Virus genome (UHGV): UHGV-0042229
Source of the DNA: a virus
Direction: 5' to 3' (one strand)
DNA: 64,000 nucleotides
The notes beneath the pieces are model-generated. The model ran no database searches. It was not told where the DNA came from and saw only the letters and a program-made list of their open reading frames with translations. This document shows, one piece after another, positions 1 to 9,579 of this stretch; position 1 is the first letter of the stretch, and the number at the start of each line of letters is the position of its first letter. A program made the translations under genes and the position numbers.

Positions 1-532
1 CAATTTCGGCTATACGTAACAGGGTGTTATAAGCAATCCCCAGAAATGCCAGATTACGTATATCCTGGCAGCGATCGCTATTTTCCATGAGTGAACGAAC
101 CTGGTCGAAATCAGTGCGTTCGAACGCTAGTGCCTGTTTTGCACGTTCACCGGCATCAACGTTTTCTTTTCGGATCCGCCGCATGACCAGTGAAACAGCA
201 TTGCTGTCACTTGGTCGTGGCAGCCCGGACCGACGATGAAGCATGTTTAGCTGGCCCAAATGTTGCTGGATAGTTTTTACTGCCAGACCGCGCGCCTGAA
301 GATATAGAAGATAATCGCGAACATCTTCAGGTTCTGCGGGAAACCATTTCCGGTTATTCAATTTGCACCATGCCGCCCATGACCGGCAAACGGACAGAAG
401 CATTTTCCAGGTATGCTCAGAAAACGCCTGGCGATCCCTGAACATATCCATCAGGTTCTTGCGAACCTCATCACTCGTTGCATCGACCGGCAATGCAGGC
501 AAATTTTGGTGTACGGTCAGTAAATTGGACAT
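1..532 (-). CDS. cre: Cre site-specific recombinase, N-terminal ~177 codons; gene continues past the window start
   Basis: Reverse translation from ATG at 532 reads MSNLLTVHQNLPALPVDATSDEVRKNLMDMFRDRQAFSEHTWKMLLSVCRSWAAWCKLNNRKWFPAEPEDVRDYLLYLQARGLAVKTIQQHLGQLNMLHRRSGLPRPSDSNAVSLVMRRIRKEN..., recognised as the Cre N-terminus; loxP lies about 420 bp upstream. Absent from ORF track because it is truncated. Confidence 0.95.
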   Translation of the reverse strand, partial: MSNLLTVHQNLPALPVDATSDEVRKNLMDMFRDRQAFSEHTWKMLLSVCRSWAAWCKLNNRKWFPAEPEDVRDYLLYLQARGLAVKTIQQHLGQLNMLHRRSGLPRPSDSNAVSLVMRRIRKENVDAGERAKQALAFERTDFDQVRSLMENSDRCQDIRNLAFLGIAYNTLLRIAEI

Positions 533-539
533 TTAACAC

Positions 540-761
540 TCAGATAATGGTTTTAAGTAAAGTGTACAGGATCGGCTCTGCCTTTACCTGTTTATGGTTC
601 TCGTCATAGAAACGCCAGCGACCGCGCGTGCGTTCTATCTTTTCTTCACCGCGCGATAATGACAGTTGGCAACTATCACGATCAAACCCTTTTGCCCGCC
701 AGTAACCACGATTTTTCTCAAGCTCAAGATGAGTGGACACTTTAGCAGCTGAATATCCCAT
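540..761 (-). CDS. Hypothetical small basic protein (73 aa) between loxP and cre
   Basis: ORF track; GAGGTG Shine-Dalgarno-like motif 4-5 nt upstream of the ATG at 761; ends 8 nt before cre start. No homolog recognised; could be non-coding cre promoter region. Confidence 0.25.
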   Translation of the reverse strand: MGYSAAKVSTHLELEKNRGYWRAKGFDRDSCQLSLSRGEEKIERTRGRWRFYDENHKQVKAEPILYTLLKTII

Positions 762-950
762 TTTTCACCTCTGATTGATTGGTGGTGCTAAGTGCGCTAC
801 GCGAAATCTGGAGCACTAACACTGCCAACATTTCGCAGATTTTACGTAGCGCAACCTTGATCAAATGATCAAGTGATCACTATTTGACCTGATAAGGTAT
901 TGAACTGTATGGATTTACAGGTAAATTGATCATGTTCAATAACCCTTAAG

Positions 951-984
951 ATAACTTCGTATAATGTATGCTATACGAAGTTAT
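951..984. other. loxP: loxP recombination site (34 bp)
   Basis: Exact match ATAACTTCGTATA-ATGTATGC-TATACGAAGTTAT: 13-bp inverted repeats flanking the 8-bp asymmetric spacer. Confidence 0.97.
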
Positions 985-1027
985 CAGGTCCGAAGAGGAG
1001 TTTACGTCCAGCTGTGCACAAAAATCA

Positions 1028-1044
1028 ATAATTATTAGAGCAAT
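1028..1044 (-). promoter_or_regulatory. C1 repressor operator-like site (Op99-type, immC)
   Basis: ataattattagagcaat matches the reverse complement of ATTGCTCTAATAAATTT at 15/17. Confidence 0.6.
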
Positions 1045-1110
1045 AAATTTAGAGAGAAAAATCCCACTCCACCAGCTAAAAACTGGATTGTTTTTCATAG
1101 TTGTTTGACA

Positions 1111-1127
1111 ATTGCTCTAATAAATTA
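1111..1127 (+). promoter_or_regulatory. C1 repressor operator-like site (Op99-type) overlapping a -35-like TTGACA
   Basis: attgctctaataaatta, 16/17 match to ATTGCTCTAATAAATTT; immediately preceded by ttgaca (1105-1110); upstream of coi-c1. Confidence 0.7.
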
Positions 1128-1365
1128 TAGTTTTGCCGTCGTTACGTAATACGACTTTGGATTCACTATTTAATGTGTCTTCAGCGTTGTAGAGCGGCTC
1201 AGAAGGAAATGAGCAAACAGGGAAACCTTATACAACGGCATTACAGCTATGCATTGCTCATCTTACACACAGCGCAATGTTGTTAGATTACCCCAGCATG
1301 GATCATGGGTGAAACAGTAGGTCAGAGCTTCAGGCTCTGTGTTGTCAATACAGTGAGGCATAATT

Positions 1366-1575
1366 ATGGCTTTCATTCAACCAACCATCGACGACGTTAG
1401 ACATTGCTCTAACGCTTTATCTGTAGACCCTGCCGAAACCGACGCTGCCCGCGCCATTGCTGAACACTACTCAAAGATATCCAATCAGGAGTACCGCATC
1501 ACCCAAGACGACCTGGATGACCTCACTGACACAATCGAATATCTCATGGCAACTAACCAGTTAGACTCACAATAA
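1366..1575 (+). CDS. coi: C1 inactivator Coi (69 aa)
   Basis: 69-aa ORF directly upstream of c1, same strand, size and position as P1 coi; operator-like sites upstream. Confidence 0.85.
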   Translation: MAFIQPTIDDVRHCSNALSVDPAETDAARAIAEHYSKISNQEYRITQDDLDDLTDTIEYLMATNQLDSQ

Positions 1576-1685
1576 ATGCACTAATAAATCTATTATTTTT
1601 GTTTGATCCCTCTATAATATAGGTCAGTAATGACCGGTTTTCTCAGCCGGGCGTTATTGACCATGTCAATTCTGGAGGAGGATCA

Positions 1686-2537
1686 ATGATAAATTATGTC
1701 TACGGCGAACAACTGTACCAGGAGTTCGTCAGCTTCAGGGATCTCTTTCTAAAAAAAGCTGTTGCACGCGCCCAACACGTTGATACAGCCAGCGACGGTC
1801 GTCCTGTACGCCCGGTTGTCGTTCTACCGTTCAAAGAAACTGACAGCATTCAGGCTGAAATTGATAAATGGACTTTAATGGCGCGGGAACTGGAACAGTA
1901 CCCAGACCTCAATATCCCAAAGACTATTTTATATCCAGTGCCTAACATCCTTCGCGGTGTGCGTAAGGTTACAACTTATCAGACAGAGGCTGTGAACAGC
2001 GTCAACATGACCGCTGGCCGCATTATTCATCTGATTGATAAGGACATTCGCATCCAAAAAAGCGCGGGGATCAATGAGCACAGTGCGAAATACATAGAGA
2101 ACCTGGAAGCAACAAAAGAGCTAATGAAGCAGTACCCGGAGGATGAAAAATTCCGTATGCGCGTACACGGCTTTAGCGAAACAATGCTGCGCGTCCACTA
2201 CATTTCCAGTAGCCCTAACTACAATGATGGTAAATCAGTTAGTTACCATGTGCCACTGTGTGGCGTGTTTATCTGCGATGAAACTCTCCGTGATGGAATT
2301 ATCATCAACGGTGAATTCGAAAAAGCAAAATTTAGCCTTTATGACTCTATAGATCCGATCATCTGCGACCGCTGGCCGCAGGCAAAAATATATCGCCTGG
2401 CAGATATTGAAAATGTAAAAAAACAAATTGCCATCACTCGCGAAGAGAAAAAGGTCAAATCAGCCGCATCAGTTACGCGCAGCCGTAAAACCAAGAAGGG
2501 GCAGCCAGTAAACGACAACCCCGAAAGCGCGCAATAA
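1686..2537 (+). CDS. c1: C1 repressor of lysis (283 aa)
   Basis: 283-aa ORF starting MINYVYGEQLYQEFVSFRDLFLKKAVARAQHV..., recognised as P1 C1; cognate 17-bp operators recur across the window. Confidence 0.92.
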   Translation: MINYVYGEQLYQEFVSFRDLFLKKAVARAQHVDTASDGRPVRPVVVLPFKETDSIQAEIDKWTLMARELEQYPDLNIPKTILYPVPNILRGVRKVTTYQTEAVNSVNMTAGRIIHLIDKDIRIQKSAGINEHSAKYIENLEATKELMKQYPEDEKFRMRVHGFSETMLRVHYISSSPNYNDGKSVSYHVPLCGVFICDETLRDGIIINGEFEKAKFSLYDSIDPIICDRWPQAKIYRLADIENVKKQIAITREEKKVKSAASVTRSRKTKKGQPVNDNPESAQ

Positions 2538-2569
2538 ATTATGCCCGGCATCAACCGGGCATTCTTCCA

Positions 2570-3685
2570 TTATTCAGCCGCCACCGGTTTTAACAAGCCA
2601 GCATCGAGCAGTTTACGCGTCAACCACTGCTGGCCTTTACCCGTTAATTGAGGCGTCAACCGTATCTGGTAGCCATCTTCATCATCCAGCACCACTTCTT
2701 TCACCGTGAAATACCCCGCGTTGATGTACTGCTGGAACGGCACATTTTTACGTCCACCGGACGCTATCAGGATGCCGTTCTCCCGTAACCAGACAAACAG
2801 CGCGTTTTGCTTAAGTCCAACAACCTTTGCAAAATTCCCAATCAGGATCCCTTTAGCTACTGATACCCGGTCGGCAAAATCGACTTTAGGAGCGGCGGCC
2901 ACCAGCTGCTGATTTAGCTGGTGGGCTTTCTGTTCCAGAAGCTGCTTTTGTTCAGCCAGTTCGGCAGCCAGGCGCAGAGCTTCTGGAAGCGTCTGGGGGA
3001 TTGCAACCGGTTGCTGTTCTTTTTGCCGGAAGTAGCTGTCTTCCAGTTTTTCAAAGAATGCCCATGCCTGATCGGTTTCGAGCATTTTAGCGTGGCGGGC
3101 TGCGCCGCGTTCCGTCCAGAGGATGAGTGAGCGGGCTTTAGGAGAGATAGGATTTTGTGAGTTACTTAAAGTCACCCGCAAATTGTTCAAATCATCTCCA
3201 ATAACTTTATAGAAATGCTTACCTTCACAAAAACGTTCAGCATTACGGGAAAAGTTCTTCTTGATGTTATCCGCATCTGTCCCATACCCCTTAGCAAGGA
3301 TCTTAGTTGTCACTACACGCACTCCCTGCCACTCTAGAACGGGAATTTCATCCGGCTGACTTTGAACAACCACCAGTTCTGATTCCTGAACTAAAGGTGT
3401 ATTAATTTTTTCAGATTTAACGTTAGTAGCTTTCATTCTGTGTGCCTCCTTGCGTGTTTCGGCTGCGACGGTTGCGTAATTCAGATGCCCCTGTTCGAGC
3501 AGGTATTCACGGATATCAGACAGCAGGATACGGTGAACAGCGTTCTTGTCCTTTCTCCGGTAAAGTTGTTTGGTGATCATGAAGTAGTTGGCAATAACGC
3601 CAGGTATATCCCTGGTACTGATACAGGCAGTGTGCTGTTCAATTGCCTCGATCATCTCTTCACGGGTAACTAACGATGTTCTCAT
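2570..3685 (-). CDS. Antirepressor-like protein (371 aa), second ant copy
   Basis: N-terminal ~90 aa and C-terminal ~130 aa (PQTLPEALRLAAELAEQK...GNFAKVVGLKQNALF...QIRLTPQLTGKGQQWLTRKLLDAGLLKPVA) closely resemble the immI Ant at 50874-51917; central domain differs. ATGA overlap with upstream icd-like ORF. Confidence 0.75.
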   Translation of the reverse strand: MRTSLVTREEMIEAIEQHTACISTRDIPGVIANYFMITKQLYRRKDKNAVHRILLSDIREYLLEQGHLNYATVAAETRKEAHRMKATNVKSEKINTPLVQESELVVVQSQPDEIPVLEWQGVRVVTTKILAKGYGTDADNIKKNFSRNAERFCEGKHFYKVIGDDLNNLRVTLSNSQNPISPKARSLILWTERGAARHAKMLETDQAWAFFEKLEDSYFRQKEQQPVAIPQTLPEALRLAAELAEQKQLLEQKAHQLNQQLVAAAPKVDFADRVSVAKGILIGNFAKVVGLKQNALFVWLRENGILIASGGRKNVPFQQYINAGYFTVKEVVLDDEDGYQIRLTPQLTGKGQQWLTRKLLDAGLLKPVAAE

Positions 3686-3903
3686 AGTCCCTCCTGAGCA
3701 GAAGCGTTAACAGGGAGGCACCAGTAACTGAGAGAATTGCGTGAATCAGTGGAAAAACGGGCAGAGAAAATACATGGGGCGTCAGGAAGCTGAGAGCGGG
3801 CCTCATCTTCTGTCGGTGCAATAACGAAGTGATAGTGACGTTTTTGGCAGGAGTAAAAGCGCCAGATAAATTCAGGATGAGTTGGGGTAGGGATAGTAGC
3901 CAT
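3682..3903 (-). CDS. Icd-like protein (73 aa), second copy
   Basis: From ATG at 3903 with AGGAGG RBS: MATIPTPTHPEFIWRFYSCQKRHYHFVIAPTEDEARSQLPDAPCIFSARFSTDSRNSLSYW..., highly similar to the 73-aa icd at 51914-52135. The track ORF 3682-4131 is an in-frame upstream extension. Confidence 0.6.
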   Translation of the reverse strand: MATIPTPTHPEFIWRFYSCQKRHYHFVIAPTEDEARSQLPDAPCIFSARFSTDSRNSLSYWCLPVNASAQEGL

Positions 3904-3959
3904 ATTGGCAGCCTCCTTAGACGTTGGTATGTAACCACCGCAGAAGAGACCAATCTTGC

Positions 3960-4050
3960 TGGCGGTGGACTGTACGGAGTTGGCCTTACTGGCGTCCAAG
4001 GTAACCAGCCTACCCGAAGGTAGCCCCATACAGCCCACCATTGTAGAGGT
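3960..4050 (-). ncRNA. Putative c4-like antisense RNA of the second immunity module (approximate bounds)
   Basis: Segment aaccagcctacccgaaggtagccccatacagcccaccattgta parallels the presumed c4 region aaccagcaggccgaagcctccccatcacgccccaccataattt upstream of icd at 52226-52270; flanking loop sequence differs. Confidence 0.3.
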
Positions 4051-4063
4051 GTGCGTGTACGCC

Positions 4064-4097
4064 GATACAAAAAAAAGACGCGAGCGGCGTCTGTATC
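4064..4097 (-). terminator. Rho-independent terminator downstream of pacB
   Basis: On the minus strand: stem gacgccgctcgcgtc followed by T8 (A-run 4069-4076 on plus), with outer gataca/tgtatc pairing. Confidence 0.6.
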
Positions 4098-4222
4098 GCC
4101 TTAGACTTAAGCGGGAGGCCAATCCCGGCACCCGTTTTAATGAGGTGCCTGATAAGCATAAACCGAAAATGCCTCAAGGCGCAAGAGGTCAGGTTCAATG
4201 TAACATCGGCAGTCAAAAAACA

Positions 4223-4239
4223 CAATTTATTAGAGCAAG
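4223..4239 (-). promoter_or_regulatory. C1 operator-like site just downstream of pacB stop
   Basis: caatttattagagcaag, 15/17 to reverse-complement consensus. Confidence 0.55.
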
Positions 4240-4242
4240 ATT

Positions 4243-5727
4243 TTACTCATTAAGCCATGCCAGAGCTTCATCAACCTGCGCTTCGTCTTCGACGCTAAGC
4301 ACTTCATCCTGGGGAACATAATCCGCCAGCATAGCGAAACAATATGTATCCCAATGGTCTGGTGAGTGCAGGTTGAGTTTTTTCTTCATATCCTCCTTAC
4401 TCATCACCTTCCATTGACCTGCGGAGTTAATCCCTACAGGGATTTTCGACGCTTCCTCAATAGTTTCATTACCCTTATCCAGTCTCATACGACCAGATTT
4501 TACGGCCTCTGCGGCTTGAACGTTGGCATAAGCACGTTTATCAAAGTACAGGCTCTTATCTTCACGGCTATGCATCTTTTTACCCCAGCGTATACGCTGT
4601 ACGGTAATACCATAATACTCGTACATCAGATCCGCCGTTGCTTTACCCAGGCCATCGCCGTCTATCGCTATGGTGATATTTGGGAATCGCTCAGGATTAC
4701 ATTCTGCGAAAATTTTGGCGGCAAGCTGCGTTTCTGTAACGTCTGTGTATTCCAGCATTCGATAGTTGATTACACGGCGTTTATTTCGCTGGCCGGACAC
4801 CATCATGATATTGATAACGGACTTATCCCGTCCCGTACCACCAGCAACGTCCACACATGCAAGCCAGCCCCATCCTTTTGCAATCTTGACTTTCCGCCGC
4901 GTTGCACGTTCAACCTCATCACGTCCAAGAAGGAAGCCATCCTGTGATTTAGGGAATAGGCCGCGTACCTTAATCATGTACATAGGGTTATCGCGCCCGC
5001 CGTACTCCGCCAGCTTCATTTTGATAAATGCTGGCGTTACCAGCGGTGATTCCTCACTGTTAAGCGTGATCGCCGTATAAACGCCATCAGGGTTACCAGG
5101 ACGCTTGGCCAGTTTATGGTGTGTATCGTAGAAATAGCCGCTTGGGCGTGTAGGCTGTGACAGCAATAAGATGCGGTTATCCTGTCCGGTAAGAGCACCG
5201 GTGATGATACCGAAAGCTCTATCACTGACACCGGAGGCTTCATCGATAATATACAGAAGATGATCTGCGTGTTCACCGGCGAGAGCTTCTTCACTTCCCA
5301 GACGAAAGCCCTTCGGTACTACAGTCCATACACCTTTACCAGTAACCTCATAGAAAGCGGTTTCTGTCAGAACAAAATAATCAGCAAGCCATGGAAAACG
5401 GCTGGTGGCAGTAGCCCAGTTTATCTTGATGTACTTGAATATACCGGTCATTACCTGCTGAATTTTGTTCGCAACGATAATGGCTCGGGCACCGGGATAC
5501 ATGATTATGAACAACATGATCATGATAGAAGTCATGTCTGATTTCCCGGTACCGTGGCCAGACGAAACAGATGTCTTGCTACCCTGTTCCTGCACAGACT
5601 CAATAATCAGATCCTGCTGCCAGGTAGGTGTTTTGCCGAACAAAACATCAGCGGCCGCAATCCAGTCATAACGATATAGCGCCACCAGCTCGCGCCAACG
5701 TGGATCCGTTACGCAACTTCTGGCCAT
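4243..5727 (-). CDS. pacB: Terminase large subunit PacB (494 aa)
   Basis: 494-aa ORF immediately downstream of and overlapping pacA; size and position as P1 pacB. Confidence 0.9.
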   Translation of the reverse strand: MARSCVTDPRWRELVALYRYDWIAAADVLFGKTPTWQQDLIIESVQEQGSKTSVSSGHGTGKSDMTSIMIMLFIIMYPGARAIIVANKIQQVMTGIFKYIKINWATATSRFPWLADYFVLTETAFYEVTGKGVWTVVPKGFRLGSEEALAGEHADHLLYIIDEASGVSDRAFGIITGALTGQDNRILLLSQPTRPSGYFYDTHHKLAKRPGNPDGVYTAITLNSEESPLVTPAFIKMKLAEYGGRDNPMYMIKVRGLFPKSQDGFLLGRDEVERATRRKVKIAKGWGWLACVDVAGGTGRDKSVINIMMVSGQRNKRRVINYRMLEYTDVTETQLAAKIFAECNPERFPNITIAIDGDGLGKATADLMYEYYGITVQRIRWGKKMHSREDKSLYFDKRAYANVQAAEAVKSGRMRLDKGNETIEEASKIPVGINSAGQWKVMSKEDMKKKLNLHSPDHWDTYCFAMLADYVPQDEVLSVEDEAQVDEALAWLNE

Positions 5728-6920
5728 TAATCATCATCCCCGTATAGCTTGCGGGTAACTTCTTCGTCTTCCTCCTCGTCTTCGTCCAGGTCTTGTTCCA
5801 GCCATGGTTCGTTTGATACACCTTCAGTATCAACATCTCCATAACCGCCTGTATCAACGATATCGGCGATTTCTTCCCTACGCTGCTCAATCCACAATGC
5901 GGCATCGGCGCGGCGGTTGGCGGCCCGTTCTCGCGCAACTTTGTCCAGATCTTCAAGAGAAGGGCCACCGACGGCTGTTTGCCTTTCCTCATCATCGGTA
6001 TTGGTCTTCGGAGCACGCAGATCGGCTTTGATTTGCTCCAGCATCAGGGGCGGCACTTTCCCGCCATGCGCCTCGATGAATTCAGCTGCTTCCAGCACTG
6101 ACCAGTTATTTTCACGCTTTCGTTCGTATGCCAGCTTAACAATGCCAGCTTGCCCCATAGACAAAGCGTGCTTTTCCGCCTCCCGGCTTTCTTTTCGATA
6201 GTTATTCCGGATGCTGTAAATGGTGTTGATCAGGCTGCTTATCTGCGCGGAACAGCTGTTTAGCATGCTCGCGATACGATATTCAGGCGGAGTCCCTTCA
6301 TCATCGTCTTTTTGCTGATCGCGCATTTCCTGCACCAGACGAATACACGTATCCCTGGCATTCTCCAGCATAAGGAGATGAGAAAGAGACTTTTCCAGAA
6401 GAGTGGTTTCCAGAACATCGGCCCCGGACCGACGCAACATAGCGCGCGCGGCCTTCCGCGCTTCAACGTTATCTATCAGGTAATCGCCAGCTTCGAATTC
6501 AAAGCGTTCACCATCATCATCCAGGGTGTCGCGTTCCAGGCGATCACGTAAGGTCCGGTGGGCGCGGGTGATCACGTCATGATCATCAGAACGATCATTT
6601 ATGCGCTTATTTTGGCGCTTCGCATTCTCGACTGCGGCACTGACAACGGCATTAACCCTTTGTTTTTCCGCTATTTCAGCCGCAATGTGATCACCTGCAT
6701 GTTGATCATTAGAGTGATCAATGATCATGCTTTTTAGTGGCTTCCTGACTGGCTTATTTGGCTTGCGGCTGTCCGCTGTCCTGGTGTCTTCTTTGAAGGC
6801 ACGGAGATAACGACGTGCAGTATTAGGGTTAAGATTAAACTCGGCGGCATACTGTGCGATGGTGTAACCACCATCTCGCGCCAGGCGAGCAAAATTCTTC
6901 TTGTGATCGTCCCAGGTCAC
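5727..6920 (-). CDS. pacA: Terminase small subunit / pac-recognition protein PacA (397 aa, GTG start)
   Basis: 397-aa ORF with acidic C-terminus; contains the pac hexamer clusters near its 5' end; AAGGAAG RBS upstream of GTG. Confidence 0.9.
   Translation of the reverse strand: MTWDDHKKNFARLARDGGYTIAQYAAEFNLNPNTARRYLRAFKEDTRTADSRKPNKPVRKPLKSMIIDHSNDQHAGDHIAAEIAEKQRVNAVVSAAVENAKRQNKRINDRSDDHDVITRAHRTLRDRLERDTLDDDGERFEFEAGDYLIDNVEARKAARAMLRRSGADVLETTLLEKSLSHLLMLENARDTCIRLVQEMRDQQKDDDEGTPPEYRIASMLNSCSAQISSLINTIYSIRNNYRKESREAEKHALSMGQAGIVKLAYERKRENNWSVLEAAEFIEAHGGKVPPLMLEQIKADLRAPKTNTDDEERQTAVGGPSLEDLDKVARERAANRRADAALWIEQRREEIADIVDTGGYGDVDTEGVSNEPWLEQDLDEDEEEDEEVTRKLYGDDD
6569..6727. other. pac: pac packaging site (Dam-methylatable TGATCA/G hexamer clusters) inside pacA
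   Basis: Four TGATCA at 6688-6693, 6703-6708, 6715-6720, 6722-6727; opposite cluster TGATCA 6569-6574, TGATCA 6580-6585, CGATCA 6592-6597. Matches the 4+3 hexamer architecture of P1 pac. Confidence 0.7.
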
Positions 6921-6955
6921 TTATGCTTCCTTTCGTAAAAACTCTTTTTGACGCG

Positions 6956-6978
6956 AGGGTAACGAAAGTCACATGTCA
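6956..6978 (-). promoter_or_regulatory. Late-promoter-like motif upstream of pacA
   Basis: Minus strand reads tgacatgtgac-tttcgt-TACCCT: same box...GTGAC, 6-nt spacer, TANNNT arrangement as the three plus-strand sites; about 30 nt upstream of pacA start. Confidence 0.45.
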
Positions 6979-7005
6979 AAAGGCCCGGAACGGGCAAGCA
7001 ATCAA

Positions 7006-7458
7006 TCAGATACGTGCGGATGTGGCATTACCGTAATGACGGTGCTGACGGGCCACCTTATTGAAAAGTTGACGCGCCATTACCCAAGGCTGGTGCTCCC
7101 GGCGTTCCTTTTCGTCCTGCGTCATATAGAGTTCGTTCTGGAGTTTTTCATCAAACCGGCGCGGAGCGCGGCTACGGCGAAAGAATTCAGGATTCAGAGA
7201 GTGGATCTGAAATCTACGTGGGCGTGTACTGTCATCAATCAAAACAGACGAATACTTAGACACAGCGATAGCCTTTAAGCGCAGATAAACATCGCGCTTA
7301 TCGACATCCAGATGCGGGTATTCCTTTTCAAGAATTGCTGCGAGTTCTTTCGCTGATAGAAGAGATTTAGTGCGGATCATGTAATCCGCAATCTCGTACG
7401 ATGTTATTCGTGAGTGATTTATTTCCATGAAGTGGCGTCCCTGCCAGTTAAGTAACAT
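7006..7458 (-). CDS. lpa: Late promoter activator Lpa-like protein (150 aa)
   Basis: 150-aa ORF immediately upstream of pacA in P1 gene order, preceded by a C1 operator-like site. Confidence 0.6.
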   Translation of the reverse strand: MLLNWQGRHFMEINHSRITSYEIADYMIRTKSLLSAKELAAILEKEYPHLDVDKRDVYLRLKAIAVSKYSSVLIDDSTRPRRFQIHSLNPEFFRRSRAPRRFDEKLQNELYMTQDEKERREHQPWVMARQLFNKVARQHRHYGNATSARI

Positions 7459-7528
7459 CCTGTCACCTACTGATTAGCCCATGTCAACTAATCAACGTGG
7501 AATATAATACCCTCGATTAAAGAAATAG

Positions 7529-7545
7529 CAATACATTAGAGCAAT
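7529..7545 (-). promoter_or_regulatory. C1 operator-like site upstream of lpa
   Basis: caatacattagagcaat, 14/17 to reverse-complement consensus. Confidence 0.45.
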
Positions 7546-7546
7546 T

Positions 7547-8590
7547 TTACCTAACACTCGACGAGTGACTTGTGATAGCGCCGACTCCAAGCGCGTAATC
7601 AAAGAACAATCGTTGATGCATCGCCAGCCTACCGTGCGTCTTCTCCCAATTATCGCGGTCACGCTCAATATCACGCTGGCATGACTGGCACAGAGGAATT
7701 GCGTAAATGTCATGCGCGCATAATCGACTATGACGAACGATATAAGGCGTAATGTGAGCGCCAGCTCCCGCCGCTCCACACCCACAGCATGGACGGGAAG
7801 CAACAAAGTCCATGTACTCAGGTAATTTTAGCGATTGCAGTTTTGGTATTTTGAAATGCGCCATGCCAGGGTCGGAGTCAACATCCACAGGGCATACTTT
7901 TGCACGCATCGGCGCGGCGCGTTCTTCCATCATCTGGACATATGCTGTAGCGCGATCGTCATACGGGCGAATATCCGCCTCTTTCAGAGGTCCGCTATCC
8001 TGCGTTGCGGCTTTCATCTTATTTATTGATATACGGTAAACTTCTTCCGGCATCAGGTGCATCATGTTGCGCATGAAAGCCCACCAGCACAGTTCCTGAA
8101 TACTTAAATCATGGCCATCTGAAAGCCCCATTTCCTGACGGGCGACATCCAGTATCCAGTTAACGCGATTATTATGCAGCGTTTCTTTCAGCTCATTAAA
8201 ACCACGCATCCGGTAATGGTTATCGTGATGCCAGCACAACAACACCGCGCTCTTGTCTCGTTCAGCGTGGACAATATGGTTGTCACACCAACTACGATCT
8301 GCGGCCTGGCATTGCCCCTCTTTCCTGCGCAACCACGCCACCAGCGCGTCAATTCCACCAATACGGCGAAACAGTTCATCGCTGTTAAAAAACGGCTGCA
8401 ACGCCTCATTTGTTGCCATAGTTTGCTCGGAAAAAACGAGGCCGTCGTCCATGTGCTCGATTAACTCACGCGGCACCGGCTCCATAATAAATTTACGGCC
8501 AGCCTCCACCAGCTTTCTGACTTCCTGATCCACTTTGAATGTGGCGACGCCAAGCTCTTTTTGTACAAAGGGAGTAATTACGGCTTTCAC
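7547..8590 (-). CDS. Hypothetical protein (347 aa), Cys-rich C-terminus; pdcB position
   Basis: ORF track; C-terminal CCGCG...H...C..CQSCQ cluster suggests zinc-binding, possibly HNH-like; sits downstream of doc as in P1. Confidence 0.55.
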   Translation of the reverse strand: MKAVITPFVQKELGVATFKVDQEVRKLVEAGRKFIMEPVPRELIEHMDDGLVFSEQTMATNEALQPFFNSDELFRRIGGIDALVAWLRRKEGQCQAADRSWCDNHIVHAERDKSAVLLCWHHDNHYRMRGFNELKETLHNNRVNWILDVARQEMGLSDGHDLSIQELCWWAFMRNMMHLMPEEVYRISINKMKAATQDSGPLKEADIRPYDDRATAYVQMMEERAAPMRAKVCPVDVDSDPGMAHFKIPKLQSLKLPEYMDFVASRPCCGCGAAGAGAHITPYIVRHSRLCAHDIYAIPLCQSCQRDIERDRDNWEKTHGRLAMHQRLFFDYALGVGAITSHSSSVR

Positions 8591-8617
8591 ATCACACCTT
8601 TCATCACTGATTGGGCT

Positions 8618-8797
8618 TTATCTGCTGCCCGGCATTCTCTGTTTAAGCACAACCATTTCCTGACGGCATAACACAGCAATAGCGGTCCTGGCACCAATTT
8701 GCTTACCAACCAGGTATTGCTTTACCTCGCTGCGACTCACGCCATCAAGAAGCATCTTTAACGCTTCACGGGACAATTTGTTGTATTTGCGTGCCAT
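8618..8797 (-). CDS. Hypothetical small protein (59 aa from internal ATG)
   Basis: ORF track 8618-8818 trimmed to MARKYNKLSREALKMLLDGVSRSEVKQYLVGKQIGARTAIAVL...; possible small DNA-binding protein. Confidence 0.35.
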   Translation of the reverse strand: MARKYNKLSREALKMLLDGVSRSEVKQYLVGKQIGARTAIAVLCRQEMVVLKQRMPGSR

Positions 8798-8801
8798 TAA
8801 T

Positions 8802-9182
8802 CTACTCCGCAGAACCATACAATCTACGTAACGTGTCGGCGACAGAAGATACAGATATCTCTCCGGTCGCAGCCCCTACGGTAAGGTCTGCCAGTTCAGG
8901 TGAATCAAATACCTGCACCCCGTTACGGCGTAGAAATAACAGCGCACTGTTTAGCGCGGTACGCTTATTGGCATCATTGAATATATGCCCTCTCGCTGTA
9001 GCCACCAGGTAGGTGGCGGAGACTTCGAAAAGGTCGGTGATCTCTTCGTAGGCAACTCTGGCCTGAACTCTCCCGATAATGGCCTCTGCCCTACCCGGAT
9101 CTGACATTCCCGGCAGGCCGCCGTAGCGGTTTATATTCGCATCATGAAGCGCAATAAGTTCTTCCGGTGATATATGCCTCAT
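8802..9182 (-). CDS. doc: Doc toxin (Fic/Doc family, 126 aa)
   Basis: 126 aa, [39 protein letters not shown]...[11 protein letters not shown]..., overlapping phd stop. Confidence 0.93.
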   Translation of the reverse strand: MRHISPEELIALHDANINRYGGLPGMSDPGRAEAIIGRVQARVAYEEITDLFEVSATYLVATARGHIFNDANKRTALNSALLFLRRNGVQVFDSPELADLTVGAATGEISVSSVADTLRRLYGSAE

Positions 9183-9403
9183 TATCGGTTAACCAGTTCC
9201 TTGTTGGTGGAGTCCAGGGTGTCAAACAGGGATGCAAATTCAGCATCCAGCGCCGCTTTTTTGTAGGCTTCGAAAGTAGCCTTGCTGACAATTACTGCTG
9301 GCTCACGGCCTCTGCGGGTGATTTCAACCTCTTCCCCGGCTTCAACATTGTTGAGCACTTCAGAAAGGTTGCCGCGCGCGGTACGGAAGTTAATGGATTG
9401 CAT
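9182..9403 (-). CDS. phd: Phd antitoxin (73 aa)
   Basis: [73 protein letters not shown] from ATG at 9403; track ORF starts 2 codons earlier at GTG. Confidence 0.93.
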   Translation of the reverse strand: MQSINFRTARGNLSEVLNNVEAGEEVEITRRGREPAVIVSKATFEAYKKAALDAEFASLFDTLDSTNKELVNR

Positions 9404-9412
9404 AAACACCTC

Positions 9413-9433
9413 GTGTACTCGTTATGTGTACAC
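9413..9433 (-). promoter_or_regulatory. Putative phd-doc operator (GTGTAC palindromes)
   Basis: gtgtac at 9413-9418 and gtgtacac at 9426-9433 directly upstream of phd. Confidence 0.4.
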
Positions 9434-9579
9434 AATTATAAACTTCACAGGCATAAAGCACCAGCACTTTGCGGCTTAACAAACCTCTAGGCAGATCATT
9501 CGTAGCCTAATGTCCGAACTGCTAAAGCATCCAAGTTGCTGTAGAATCACCGCCAATTACATAAGCCTGAAATAAGTGG

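Noticed and set aside
1141-1365. Candidate imcB/imcA small ORFs between the operators and coi
   Set aside because: Only very short ORFs (25-30 codons) with poor start contexts are visible; I cannot place imcA/imcB confidently from sequence alone.
2143-2554. Short track ORFs inside and antisense to c1
   Set aside because: Nested within a high-confidence conserved gene; no RBS or homology.
3956-4321. Track ORFs (3956-4321 plus, 3660-4070 and 4010-4225 minus) across the c4-like/terminator region
   Set aside because: They overlap the terminator, operator and icd-like gene in other frames and are Arg/Ser-rich; better explained as non-coding regulatory sequence.
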